The notes: generated from the letters alone by a model not told the origin. 64,000 bases of DNA from Myxococcales bacterium (GCA_016794345.1 JAEUKE010000200.1:99037-163036); one strand, 5' to 3'. Positions 44,677 through 54,579 are shown, numbered from the stretch's first letter. Program-made: numbers and translations.

Positions 44677-45815
44677 CGACGCGCGCGAGAGAGCCCACCG
44701 TCCTGCTCGTCGACGACGACATGGACGTCACGCGGACGCTCGCGCTGTCTCTCCGTCGTGAGCCGATCCGTGTGCTCACCTCCAACCACGCTCGCGCAGC
44801 GCTCGCGATGCTCGAGTCGGACGAGATCGACGTCGTCGTGTCCGACGAGAACATGCCGGAGATGAACGGCTCCGAGCTCCTCGCGCGCATCCGGGTCGAC
44901 CACCCCGACGTGGTCCGCGTGCTCCTCACCGGCGGGAACGACATGCGGAGCGCCGCGAGCGCCGTGAACGACGGAGGCGTATTCCGCTTCCTGCTCAAGC
45001 CCTGCAAGCCGTCTCTTCTGCTCTCGACGCTGAACGAAGCGATCGCGTTCCGCAACTCGCTCCCGATCGACAAGGCCCGCCTCGGGCGCGAGCTCGACGA
45101 GGCGCTCGCCCAGCTGTGGCTCGCCCACCAGCCCATCTTCGGGCGGGACGGGCAGATCGAAGGCAACGAGCTGCTGCTCCGGAGCAGCGCGCCCTCGTTC
45201 CGCGGCCCGGAGTGGATGCTGAACGCGGCCGCAACGCTTGAGCGAAGCCCGCTCCTCGAGCGCGCCATCGGCGCAGAGGTCGCACGCATGGCCGAGAACC
45301 TCCACACAGGCATGATCTTCGTGAACGTCGATCCCGCCGCGCTCTCTCGCGAAGCGCTGTTCGATCCGTTTGCGCACGTCGCGCACCGGATCGTGCTGGA
45401 GATCACCGAGCGCGACGCCGTCGGCGACAAAGATCACGTGACCACACGGATCGAACAGCTTCGAACACGCGGCTTTCGCATCGCCGTGGACGATCTCGGC
45501 TCCGGCTACGCTGGGCTCAACGCCGTGGTCGATCTCTCCCCGGACATCATCAAGCTCGACATGCAGCTCGTGCGCGGCGTCGACACGTCGTTCGTGAAGC
45601 AGCGCCTGGTCGCGTCGATCTGCTCCGCCGCCAAGGACCTGGGCATCCTCGTGGTGGCCGAGGGGATCGAGCGCGAGGAAGAGCAACGCGCCGTGCTCGC
45701 CGCGGGCGTCGACTTCCTCCAGGGGTATCACCTGGGGCGCCCGAGCATGTCTCCGCTCCGCGCGCCCCTGTTCGAGCCCGTTTCCGAGCCTGTCCCGGCC
45801 AGCCCGGCTCAGTAG
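44673..45815 (+). CDS. Response regulator receiver + EAL c-di-GMP phosphodiesterase
   Basis: GTGA overlap. REC: LLVDDDMD, VVVSDENMPEMNG, LLKP. EAL domain: LEITE, DDLGSGYAGL, IKLD, VAEGIE, QGYHLGRP. Confidence 0.9.
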   Translation: MTTRAREPTVLLVDDDMDVTRTLALSLRREPIRVLTSNHARAALAMLESDEIDVVVSDENMPEMNGSELLARIRVDHPDVVRVLLTGGNDMRSAASAVNDGGVFRFLLKPCKPSLLLSTLNEAIAFRNSLPIDKARLGRELDEALAQLWLAHQPIFGRDGQIEGNELLLRSSAPSFRGPEWMLNAAATLERSPLLERAIGAEVARMAENLHTGMIFVNVDPAALSREALFDPFAHVAHRIVLEITERDAVGDKDHVTTRIEQLRTRGFRIAVDDLGSGYAGLNAVVDLSPDIIKLDMQLVRGVDTSFVKQRLVASICSAAKDLGILVVAEGIEREEEQRAVLAAGVDFLQGYHLGRPSMSPLRAPLFEPVSEPVPASPAQ

Positions 45816-47266
45816 AAGCGGTACCCGAGGCCGACGGGCAACATCACCGCGCCGCCACCGGTCGGAGACCAGACACCCGTCGGCCACGCGCTGAAGAGGA
45901 GCGCGCCCGACGAGGCGTCGTTCGTGGGGTTGTCGACGAGCACGACCGAGAGCTCGATCGAGCCGCCGACCTCGAACCCGCCGAACGCTCCCGCCGTCTT
46001 GTCGCCGGTGTTGAAGCCGCCGGCGAGATCGCGCACCGGAATGTCGACCTCGGTCTCGTCCGCGTTGTCGGGGCGGTTGCCCTCCGGGACCGAGCCCTTG
46101 CCGCCGTTGACCGTCGACTCCACCTGGGTGGTGCCCACGAGGATCGTGAAGCCCATCCAGAGCGGGCTTGCAGCCTCGAACGAGATCGACGGGCCCCCGA
46201 GGAACTGGAAGCCCAGCGGATAGGTGCCGGTGAACATGCCGCGACCGCCGAACTGAACCACGTCGGTGATGGCGTAGCCCACGAACACCTGACCGCCGTA
46301 GAGGAGCGCCATCTGCGGCTTGAACGTCGCATCGCAGTCCCCGGCACCGGGCACCGCTTGGGTGTTGCCACACGACGCGAGGAACTCGCTGCCGCCGGCC
46401 CCTTTGTAGAGGTATTGCGTGCCGTTGATGTCCGAGAGCGGGGCCTCGGTGATGAGCGAGAGGTGTCCGCCGACGAGCACGCCGATGTCGACAACGACCC
46501 GGCCGGACTCGTGAACGGAGGGGCCCGAAGGCTGGGCGGGCCCGGCCCCTTTCTGGGAGCCCGAGTCCTCCTTGTCGTCGTCCTTCTTGTCGTCGTCTTT
46601 GTTGTCTTCCGCAGCCGGAGGCTGGGAGGTCACGGGCGTGGGGAAAGAAGGAGGGCCGCCGCCGGCCTTGAGGGCGGGCACCGTGACCGCCTTCTTCATG
46701 CCCGGCTTGAGGTCGAAGGTGGTCTCCCAGGTCTCCTTGCCGGGCGCGGTGACCATCACCTTCACGTTGCCCACGTCAGCCGGGAAGCCCTTGCCCCACT
46801 CGGACTTCGGCATGAGCACCAGGGTCTTGAGGCTGGTGGCAAGACCAACTCGGACCTCCATGCCGTCCACCTCGGAGGTCTTCGGGACGGTGACCGTGAC
46901 GCGCGGCACCTTGGCGAAGAGCGCGTTCTTCTTCACCCGTGCGGTGGTGACACGGTCGTTGCGTTTCTCCTCGATCGCGACCTTCTCGGCCTGCTCGAAG
47001 AGGAAATAAGCGGTGCCGATGCGGCCCTCTTTCTCGCGGCAGAGCGCGAGGTCGAGGAGCGTTCCGCCGCGCGGGTCGAGCACCTGGCTCTCCTCGAGCT
47101 TGTCGCACGCCTCCGACACTTTGCCTTGGGCCATCAGGTCCTCGGCCTCACGTGAGAGGACCGCGGCTTTTGCTTTGTTGTCGTCAGCTAGCGCTGGAGC
47201 GCTGACGAGCAGGAAAGAGGAGGCAAGGAGTGCTGCGGTGGGAAGGAGGATTCGGTTCTTCGCCAT
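45809..47266 (-). CDS. Secreted protein with TPR-like N-terminus, Asp/Lys-rich linker and putative C-terminal beta-barrel
   Basis: ATG at 47266 gives signal peptide MAKNRILLPTAALLASSFLLVSAPALA. DNKDDDKKDDDKED linker. Gly/aromatic-rich C-terminus ending GLGYRFY. Confidence 0.75.
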   Translation of the reverse strand: MAKNRILLPTAALLASSFLLVSAPALADDNKAKAAVLSREAEDLMAQGKVSEACDKLEESQVLDPRGGTLLDLALCREKEGRIGTAYFLFEQAEKVAIEEKRNDRVTTARVKKNALFAKVPRVTVTVPKTSEVDGMEVRVGLATSLKTLVLMPKSEWGKGFPADVGNVKVMVTAPGKETWETTFDLKPGMKKAVTVPALKAGGGPPSFPTPVTSQPPAAEDNKDDDKKDDDKEDSGSQKGAGPAQPSGPSVHESGRVVVDIGVLVGGHLSLITEAPLSDINGTQYLYKGAGGSEFLASCGNTQAVPGAGDCDATFKPQMALLYGGQVFVGYAITDVVQFGGRGMFTGTYPLGFQFLGGPSISFEAASPLWMGFTILVGTTQVESTVNGGKGSVPEGNRPDNADETEVDIPVRDLAGGFNTGDKTAGAFGGFEVGGSIELSVVLVDNPTNDASSGALLFSAWPTGVWSPTGGGAVMLPVGLGYRFY

Positions 47267-47416
47267 TGTTCTCTCGGAAGGACCCCCGAGCAGTCCCGCC
47301 CAAGCTAACGAAAACCGAACGCCCTGGGCAACCTCCGATCCCGAGTCGGCTGATCGCATGTGCGCGCTTATCCGACCACCCCCGCCTCGGACCGGGAGTG
47401 GTAGCGTCGGCGCCCG

Positions 47417-49720
47417 ATGGGTCGCTTCGCCGCTTCCGCGCTCGTTTGCCTCGTCGCGTGCTCGCCTCCCCCTGGGCTGCGGACCGAAGGACCTCGCCTG
47501 CCGACGTGGACCCCGGTCCCCGGCGAGACGCCCGGGGCGGCCAGCATCCTCCCGGAGGACGCGAGCCCCATCACCTTCGAGCGCATGGCGAAGTTCCCCG
47601 AGCCCGGCTGGCAAGCGCCTCGACGGCTCGAGGCCTCCCCCGACGGCGCCCTCGTGACCTACCTCATGAGCGAGCGAGGCGACGACGAGATGGCGCTCTG
47701 GGCGGTCTCGCTCGCGACGGGCGAGCGCAAGGTCCTCGTCCGCTCGGACGACCTCGCCGACGCGCCGAAGAAAGATCCCTCGCTCGCCGAGGAGCTCCGC
47801 GCCGAGCGGCAGCGGCGGCGGACCAAAGGCATCTCCGAATACGCCTGGGCCCACAACGCGCCCGTCCTCGTGATCCCGAACGGCGGCGACGTCTTCGTCC
47901 GCGACACGAAGGGTGCCCTGACCCAGCTCACCGCGACGGAGGCGCCCGAGATCGACCCGAAGCCCTGCGCCGACGGCTCGAAGGTGGCCTTCGTTCGCGA
48001 CAGCGAGCTCTTCGTCGTCGACGTCGCGACGAAGAAGGAGACGCAGCTCACGCAGGGCGCGCCCGAAGGCGTCACGCGCGGCCAATCCGACTTCAACGCG
48101 CAAGAGGAGTTCGAGGAGCCGAGCGGCTTCTTCTGGTCGCCCGACTGCAAGAAGGTCGTCTACCTCGAGGTGGACGAGCGGAAGGTGGCCGAGGTCCCGG
48201 TGCTCGGCTACCGCGGCGGAGAGCCTTCCTTGATGATGCAGCGCTACCCACGCGCCGGCGCGTCCAACCCGGCCACGGCGCTCCACGTCGTCGACGTGAC
48301 CTCGAAGAAGGACACGACTGTCATTCTTCCGAAGGAGATCGCCGACCAGGCTCCGTACCTCGGACGCTTCGAGATGGCCGAGGGCTGGCTCGCGTTCTGG
48401 GCCGTGGCTCGGTCGCAGCGCGAGGCCTCGCTCCTCCGCGTCCGACTGGCGGACAAACCCCAGGCGAGCGTCCTCTTCACGGTGAAGGCGACGCCGTCGC
48501 GCCCGAACGCCTGGGTCGAGATGCCGGCCTTTGCCTGCGGCGCGCGGGCGAGCGACTGTTATTTCACCGCCGAGCGCGAGGGCCACGACCACCTCGATCG
48601 GATCGATCTGGCCACGAACGCGCGCGTCGAGATCACGCGCGGCGATTGGGACGTGACCAGCATCGCGGGCGTGGACCAGGAGGGGCGCGCCTACTTCCTC
48701 TCGACCATGGCGGAGCCCCTCGGCCGCACGCTCTTCCGGACCGGAGAAAAGGGGACGCTCGACAGGCTCACCGCTGAGCGCGGGGTGCACGACGTCGTCG
48801 TCTCGCCGACGAGGGGCCTCGTCGCCGACGTCCACAGCGCGCTCGACCGGCCTCCGTCCGCGGTGGTCTTCGGGGACGGCGACAAACGCGTCGAGATCCC
48901 CATCCCCAGGGACGCGGACTGGGATCAGCTCCGGCTGCGGACGCCCGAGCTCGTCTCGATCGACGCCCAGGGCGGCGTGCCGAAGCTCTTCGGCGCGGTC
49001 CTTCCTCCCCGCCAGCTCACGCCGGGCCAGCGCTACCCGCTCGTCGTGATGGTCTACGGAGGGCCTGGCGCGCAGACGGTGCTCGACCGCTGGTCGCCGC
49101 GCCTCCCGTGGCAGCACCTGGCCGACCGCGGCTTCTTCGTGATGCAGTTCGATAACCGCGGAAGCGCGGGGCGCGGACCTGCGTTCGCCGGGCCCATCGC
49201 CAACGATCTCGGGACCGTGGAGCTCGCCGACCAGCTCCGGGCGCTCGACTTCGTCACCACGCGCTACCCCATCGACGACAAACGCGTCGGCATCTACGGC
49301 CACAGCTACGGCGGGACGATGGCGGCGCTCGCCATGCTGAAGGCGCCAGGACGCTACAAATCCGCGATCGCGGCGTCCCCCGTGACCGACTGGCGCCTCT
49401 ACGACTCGGGCTACACCGAACGCTACATGCGGTCTCCGAGCGACAACCCCGGCGGCTACGCGGCCACCGACCTCGAGTCGCTCGCGCCGAACCTCGCCGG
49501 GGAGCTGCTCGTCATCCACGCCCTGATGGATGAAAACGTGCATTTTCAGCACAGCGCCGAGCTCGTGGACGCGCTGGTCAGGGCCAACAAGCCCTTCGAG
49601 ATGTTCGTGTTTCCCGGTGAAAGGCACGGCTACAGGAGCCCGCCTGCGCGACGGTATGCCATGAGCCTGACGACGCGGTTTCTGGTCCGGACGCTTGGCA
49701 ACCCGACCCCTTCCGGCTAG
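47417..49720 (+). CDS. Dipeptidyl-peptidase IV-type S9 serine peptidase (lipoprotein)
   Basis: LVACS lipobox. DPP-IV N-terminal propeller-like region. GHSYGG, DENVHF, GERHGY catalytic triad contexts. Confidence 0.95.
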   Translation: MGRFAASALVCLVACSPPPGLRTEGPRLPTWTPVPGETPGAASILPEDASPITFERMAKFPEPGWQAPRRLEASPDGALVTYLMSERGDDEMALWAVSLATGERKVLVRSDDLADAPKKDPSLAEELRAERQRRRTKGISEYAWAHNAPVLVIPNGGDVFVRDTKGALTQLTATEAPEIDPKPCADGSKVAFVRDSELFVVDVATKKETQLTQGAPEGVTRGQSDFNAQEEFEEPSGFFWSPDCKKVVYLEVDERKVAEVPVLGYRGGEPSLMMQRYPRAGASNPATALHVVDVTSKKDTTVILPKEIADQAPYLGRFEMAEGWLAFWAVARSQREASLLRVRLADKPQASVLFTVKATPSRPNAWVEMPAFACGARASDCYFTAEREGHDHLDRIDLATNARVEITRGDWDVTSIAGVDQEGRAYFLSTMAEPLGRTLFRTGEKGTLDRLTAERGVHDVVVSPTRGLVADVHSALDRPPSAVVFGDGDKRVEIPIPRDADWDQLRLRTPELVSIDAQGGVPKLFGAVLPPRQLTPGQRYPLVVMVYGGPGAQTVLDRWSPRLPWQHLADRGFFVMQFDNRGSAGRGPAFAGPIANDLGTVELADQLRALDFVTTRYPIDDKRVGIYGHSYGGTMAALAMLKAPGRYKSAIAASPVTDWRLYDSGYTERYMRSPSDNPGGYAATDLESLAPNLAGELLVIHALMDENVHFQHSAELVDALVRANKPFEMFVFPGERHGYRSPPARRYAMSLTTRFLVRTLGNPTPSG

Positions 49721-49734
49721 GACGACGGCGGCCC

Positions 49735-50433
49735 ATGGAAGTCGTCCGGAAGTTCATCGACGTCGTTCGTCACCTCGACAAGTACCTCGACTGGATCACG
49801 CAGCAGTACGGGGTGTGGACGTACGCCATCCTCGCCGTCATCATCTTCGCGGAGACGGGCCTGGTCGTGACGCCGTTCCTCCCCGGCGACTCGCTGCTCT
49901 TCGCCTGCGGCGCCATCTCCGTGCGCGACGGCTCGGGCCTCAACCCGGTGCTGCTCGGGGCGATCCTCATCGCCTGCGCGATCGCCGGCGACACGGTGAA
50001 CTACCACGTCGGCAAGGCGATCGGCCCGCGCGTGATGAAGAGCGAGACGTCGCGGTGGCTCAACAAGAAGCACCTCGAGAAGACGCACAAGTTCTTCGAA
50101 AAATACGGCGGCAAGACCATCATCCTCGCGCGCTTCGTCCCCATCGTCCGCACCTTCGCGCCGTTCGTCGCGGGCGCCGGCGCCATGAACTACCGGAAGT
50201 TCATCGCCTTCAACGTCGTCGGCGCCGTGGCCTGGGTCGTCAGCATGATGGGCGCGGGCATCGTGTTCGGTCAGATGGAGATCGTGAAGAAGAACTTCGA
50301 GCTCGTCGTCATCGGCATCGTGCTCCTCAGCGTCATGCCGATGGTGGTCGAAGCCTGGAAGGCGCGACAGGAAGCGAAGGCCGAGGCGAAGGCAGCGGCC
50401 GCCGTGGCGCCGAGCAGCACCCAGCAGCCCTGA
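49735..50433 (+). CDS. DedA-family membrane protein
   Basis: FAETGLVVTPFLPGDSLLF and GKTIILARFVPIVRTFAPFVAGAG. Confidence 0.93.
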   Translation: MEVVRKFIDVVRHLDKYLDWITQQYGVWTYAILAVIIFAETGLVVTPFLPGDSLLFACGAISVRDGSGLNPVLLGAILIACAIAGDTVNYHVGKAIGPRVMKSETSRWLNKKHLEKTHKFFEKYGGKTIILARFVPIVRTFAPFVAGAGAMNYRKFIAFNVVGAVAWVVSMMGAGIVFGQMEIVKKNFELVVIGIVLLSVMPMVVEAWKARQEAKAEAKAAAAVAPSSTQQP

Positions 50434-50518
50434 GCTCGGTGACCGAGGGGACCGCTCGCTGACGCAGCGTCACCCCAGGCTTCTTGCCTCGAGGCCGTTT
50501 TGCTAGCCTCGGGGCTCC

Positions 50519-52000
50519 ATGCAGATCGAGCTGATTGCACCGGCGAGCGAGGACTCCGCATTTCTGCCGCGGCTGGGCCTCGGTGTTCTGGCGTCCCTCA
50601 CGCCCGACGAGGACGAGATCATCTACACGGACGACCTCGTCAAGCCGTTCGATCTCGACAAGGACGTAAAGGACGTCGACCTCGTCGGCATCAGCGTGGA
50701 CTCGAAGACCGCGCGACGCAGCTACGACATCGCCGCGCGGTACCGCGCTCGCGGCGTGAAGGTCGTCATGGGCGGCATCCACCCGACCGCCTGCCCGGAC
50801 GAGGCCATCGAGCACTGCGACGCGGTGGTCGTGGGCGAAGCGGAGGACGCGTGGCCGCGCCTCCTCGCGGACTTCAAGCGGGGCGCGCTCCAGCCGTTCT
50901 ACCGGCCCGAGTTCCCGAACCTCGCGGGCCGCCCCTTCCCGCGCCGCGATCTGTTCACCTCCAAGAAATACATCCCCTTCCAGGTGGTGCAGTCCATGCG
51001 GGGCTGCCCCTACCCCTGCGAGTTCTGCAGCGTGTCGACCGCCAACGGTCCGACCTTCCGCTTCCGCCCCGCAGACGAGGTGATCGCCGAGCTCAAGCTG
51101 CTCGGCAAGCTCATCATGTTCGCTGACGACAACGTCATGGTTCATCGTCAGTACTCCAAAGAGCTCTTCACGAAGATGATACCGCTGAAGAAGCACTGGA
51201 TCGGCCAGTGCTCGCTCGCGGCGGTGAAGCGGCTCGAGAACATCAAGCTCATGGCCGAGAGCGGCTGCAAGGCGCTTTTCATCGGGTTCGAGAGCGTGGA
51301 CGAAGAGACGGTGAAGTTCACCGGCAAGCGCCAGAACAAGCCTTCGCAATACAAAGAGACGATGGAGATGCTGCACGAGCACGGCATCGCCACGTGGGGC
51401 TCGTTCGTCTTCGGCTTCGACACCGACGACAAAGAGGTGTTCGACCGCACGGTCGACTTCGGGGTCGAGATGAAGCTCACGATGGCGCTCTACGCCATCC
51501 TCACGCCGTACCCGGGGACGCAGCTCTACCGGCGCCTCCTCGCCGAGGGCCGCCTGACGGACCCGAAATGGTGGCTCCGCCACGATCACGACGCGGGCTC
51601 GCCGTATTACATCCCAACCAAGATGACGCGCGAGGAGCTGCGCGAGGGCTGGGTCCGCGCGTGGACGCGTTTCTATTCGTACGAGAACATCTGGAAGCGC
51701 TACACCGTCCGCCGCCCGAAGGACGGCACGCCCGGCTCGAGCTGGCTCCAGGCGCTCGGCTTCTGGCCGCTGAACTTCTTCCAGCACCAGCTCGCCCACC
51801 GAAAGATCGCGGGGGGCATGCAGCGCTTCCGCGTCGGCGTGGAGTACGGGGACGCGGCGCCGATGGGCTCGCTCGCCGGCCACGGCGTGCCCGCCCCGTT
51901 TGCGCCCACCGCAACCGGCTTCCCCGGTATCCAGAACCCGATCGCGCCGGTCTTCACGCGAACCAAAGACGGCCGAAAGGTGCTTCAGGTCGTCGGCTGA
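50519..52000 (+). CDS. B12-binding-domain radical SAM protein (DUF4070-type C-terminus)
   Basis: N-terminal Rossmann region with GGIHPT. RGCPYPCEFCSV is a CxxxCxxC motif. Confidence 0.93.
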   Translation: MQIELIAPASEDSAFLPRLGLGVLASLTPDEDEIIYTDDLVKPFDLDKDVKDVDLVGISVDSKTARRSYDIAARYRARGVKVVMGGIHPTACPDEAIEHCDAVVVGEAEDAWPRLLADFKRGALQPFYRPEFPNLAGRPFPRRDLFTSKKYIPFQVVQSMRGCPYPCEFCSVSTANGPTFRFRPADEVIAELKLLGKLIMFADDNVMVHRQYSKELFTKMIPLKKHWIGQCSLAAVKRLENIKLMAESGCKALFIGFESVDEETVKFTGKRQNKPSQYKETMEMLHEHGIATWGSFVFGFDTDDKEVFDRTVDFGVEMKLTMALYAILTPYPGTQLYRRLLAEGRLTDPKWWLRHDHDAGSPYYIPTKMTREELREGWVRAWTRFYSYENIWKRYTVRRPKDGTPGSSWLQALGFWPLNFFQHQLAHRKIAGGMQRFRVGVEYGDAAPMGSLAGHGVPAPFAPTATGFPGIQNPIAPVFTRTKDGRKVLQVVG

Positions 52001-52706
52001 GAGCGCTTGGCGCGCGGGCGCCGGACGGGCTTTCGGGGTCGAAGAGCTTCTCCCACCGCGACTGGTAGACGTTGCGCTCCGCGTGGTCCGCGGGCACGAC
52101 CTCGTGTGCGAATCGCTGCCCCTCCACCTCCACACACGCGAGCAGCCCCGCATCGATGAGCTCGACGTACCGCGCCAGGAAGCCGGCGATGCCGTCGCCG
52201 ATCAAGGTGACGTCGCACTCGGTCACGAAGGCGAGGAGCTGCCCTTCGAAACCGCGCTCGGCGGGGAACATGTCCATGACGATGTTGTCGCTATCCCAGT
52301 AGTCGTTGCCTGCGATGGGGAGCCAGCGCGGGTGGTAGACGAGCTGGAAGTACCTCGCGGCCTTGGGCTCTGGCACGACGGGTCTCGAAGGCTCGTAGAA
52401 CCCCTGCTGGAATCGCCATGTCGCGACGCACTCCGCGAGCGCGTGCAGACGACCGCCCGAAGGGAGCCACGACACGCGCTCCGTTCGCTGTCCGTCGTGC
52501 GCCAGGAGGAGCGCGCGATGATCGGCCGGCAACGCAAAGCCCAGCGCGGCCTCTGCCGAGGCGATCGTGCTCGGCTCCGCCGCCGGCCCACCTCGCGGCT
52601 CCCGGGCTCGACCTGCCCGTGCCGCTGTTCTACCGTGCTCACCGACGATGCCGGCCTTGCCCGAGGACGCACGCGCCCTGCACCGCCCCGCCCCCGCCGA
52701 CCCCAC
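51954..52706 (-). CDS. SMI1/KNR4 (SUKH) family protein
   Basis: IASAEAALGFALPADHRALLLAHDG is the family N-terminal motif. Start is unresolved (GTG 52706, ATG 52790 or 52802). 3' end overlaps the radical SAM gene by 47 nt. Confidence 0.55.
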   Translation of the reverse strand: MGSAGAGRCRARASSGKAGIVGEHGRTAARAGRAREPRGGPAAEPSTIASAEAALGFALPADHRALLLAHDGQRTERVSWLPSGGRLHALAECVATWRFQQGFYEPSRPVVPEPKAARYFQLVYHPRWLPIAGNDYWDSDNIVMDMFPAERGFEGQLLAFVTECDVTLIGDGIAGFLARYVELIDAGLLACVEVEGQRFAHEVVPADHAERNVYQSRWEKLFDPESPSGARAPSALSRRPEAPFGRLWFA

Positions 52707-54495
52707 CTTGGTGAAGCGGCGCTTCGTGCGCGGCCGGCGGTCGCCACGCGGCGTCGTGTGGTTCGGGTTCCGCTCTTTCTGGGGCCACATGCGGCATTTC
52801 ATCGCGTCCGCGGTGGCGACAGAGGACGTCGACTCGCGGGACTGGATGACGCCGGACGATCCGGAGGCGCTCGCCGAGCGCGTCGCGCGCGTGCTCGGCG
52901 CGGAGATCCCCCCGAGCTGGGACGGGACGGTGGTGGGAGCGCTCGGGCGCGATCTGTGGATCGACTACGCCGCCGACACGGGAGATGACGTCTCTGTCAG
53001 CCGGGCGGTCGCGCGTCTGGTGACCGACCGATACGAGCTGCCCGACCCGGACCGAGAGGGCGCCTTCCTGGAGGCGCCGCGCGGCGACGTGCTCGTGTTC
53101 GGTGGGGACACGGCGTACCCGGTCGCGACCGCGCAGGAGATCTCGAATCGCGTCCTCGTGCCCTTCAACGAGGCGCTCGCGGAGCGAGAAGACGGCAGGC
53201 GGCGCGTGCTCCTGGGCGTCCCCGGCAACCATGACTGGTACGACGGCCTGGACGGCTTCGCCCGCCTCTTCCGGCTCCGGCCCGACGGCGACGACGTCGA
53301 CGAGCGGCCGAGCATCGTCGGGATACCATTTCGTCAGCTCGAGCACGCAGCGGACTGGGCGCGCGAGCTCGTGATGGGCGGCAAGATGCAGAAGCCCGAC
53401 GCGCTCGTGCTCTCGGGCTACGAGCCGGTGCAGAGCGCCAGCTACTTCGTGCTCCCCCTGACGCCCACGATCCCGGTCTTCGCGCTCGACCGGCAGCTTC
53501 GCACGATCGACCACCGGCAGGCGCGGTTCCATCGTAGATGGCTCGACGCCAGTGCGGGGGCTGCGCCCTGGCTGCTCCTCCCGGACCCGGTCTACGCGTT
53601 CGGAGCGCCGAGCCCGACGGGCGCGGGGATGGTGCGCGATCTCGAGCTGCGCCTCGGCGCACACGACTGCTTCTTCCTGTCCGGCGACATCCACCACTAC
53701 GAACGCATCGAGGCGCCGGGGCTCTTGCACGTGGTCGCGGGCGGAGGAGGTGCCTTCTTGCACCCGGCCCCGATGGTGGGGGAGCGCCGCGCGGCGCGCG
53801 CGCGTTTCCCGAGCGTCGCGCAGAGCCGAGCGCTTCTGTGGGGCGTACCGCTGAAGCTTGCGCTCGGTCGCTCCGGCTTCATTCCTCACGCGGCGCTCGC
53901 GGTGCTCTACGCCCTCTCGATCGTGGTCGGGCTGACGATGCCGCGCGGCATCGGCCCGCCGCTCGTGGCACCGCTCTTGACCTTCCTGCTCTCGACCGCC
54001 GTGCTGAGCCTGATCGGCGGTCTGCGGAGGCGGCCGCGGCCGGTCGTGGCGCTGGCGTCGGTCTTCGCGCTCCTGCTGACGGCGCTGCCGATCCCGGCCT
54101 CGATGGGGCTGCGCGCCCTCCGCGGTCTGCTCGCAGGCGGGGCGCCGACGGGAGTGATCGTGGCCGGGCTCCTGACGACCATGGTGATGGTGGGCGTGGG
54201 CCTGGTGGGCGCGTACCTGGCGCTCCTGACGCGCTTCGGCCTCGAGGAGACGCAGGCCTTCACGACGCTCGACCACCCCGGCTTCAAACACTTCGTTCGG
54301 CTGCGCGTGCGAGCGGACGGACGCGGCGTCGACGGGTGGTGCATCGGGATGGTCGATCCGTTGCGGAAGGGCGAGCAGCCCGTGCTCGTCGATCGGTTCA
54401 CGTGGCGGCCGGCCGCGCGCGGAGGAGCGCGACCGGCCCCCGACCGCGGCCGCGAGCATGGCGCCCCCGATTCCGCCGAACACGACGGCCCCTAG
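52648..54495 (+). CDS. Calcineurin-like metallophosphoesterase with C-terminal multi-TM region
   Basis: IDYAADTGDD, FGGDTAYP, GNHDWYDG, SGDIHHYER, GGGGAFLHP, then about 5 hydrophobic helices. High GC3 supports coding from at least 52648. Start is uncertain. Confidence 0.8.
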   Translation: MPALPEDARALHRPAPADPTLVKRRFVRGRRSPRGVVWFGFRSFWGHMRHFIASAVATEDVDSRDWMTPDDPEALAERVARVLGAEIPPSWDGTVVGALGRDLWIDYAADTGDDVSVSRAVARLVTDRYELPDPDREGAFLEAPRGDVLVFGGDTAYPVATAQEISNRVLVPFNEALAEREDGRRRVLLGVPGNHDWYDGLDGFARLFRLRPDGDDVDERPSIVGIPFRQLEHAADWARELVMGGKMQKPDALVLSGYEPVQSASYFVLPLTPTIPVFALDRQLRTIDHRQARFHRRWLDASAGAAPWLLLPDPVYAFGAPSPTGAGMVRDLELRLGAHDCFFLSGDIHHYERIEAPGLLHVVAGGGGAFLHPAPMVGERRAARARFPSVAQSRALLWGVPLKLALGRSGFIPHAALAVLYALSIVVGLTMPRGIGPPLVAPLLTFLLSTAVLSLIGGLRRRPRPVVALASVFALLLTALPIPASMGLRALRGLLAGGAPTGVIVAGLLTTMVMVGVGLVGAYLALLTRFGLEETQAFTTLDHPGFKHFVRLRVRADGRGVDGWCIGMVDPLRKGEQPVLVDRFTWRPAARGGARPAPDRGREHGAPDSAEHDGP

Positions 54496-54579
54496 CTGGG
54501 TCCGCGGGATCGTAGAGCACGCGGGTGCTCGAGCCGACGCGCTTCCGTCCGCGCACGGCGCCGACTACCGTCGCGACGA

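Noticed and set aside
44244-45815. A 523-aa ORF suggesting a longer REC-EAL protein
   Set aside because: Its N-terminal about 140 codons are a shadow frame of the stand-alone REC gene (44257-44676). A GTG at 44673 followed by TVLLVDDD gives a normal receiver N-terminus.
45809-49627. A 1272-aa minus-strand ORF, the longest in the track
   Set aside because: Only the last 485 codons (from ATG 47266, which gives a signal peptide) look like protein. The upstream two-thirds is Arg/Gly/Ala/Pro-rich junk lying antisense to the well-supported DPP-IV peptidase gene (47417-49720).
50434-50518. A possible cobalamin riboswitch ahead of the B12-radical SAM gene
   Set aside because: The gap is only 85 nt and I see no B12-box-like sequence. 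There is a 9-bp hairpin (50487-50514, CCTCGAGGC...GCCTCGGGG) that covers the GGGG just before the ATG. It is more simply a DedA terminator or a local SD-occluding stem.
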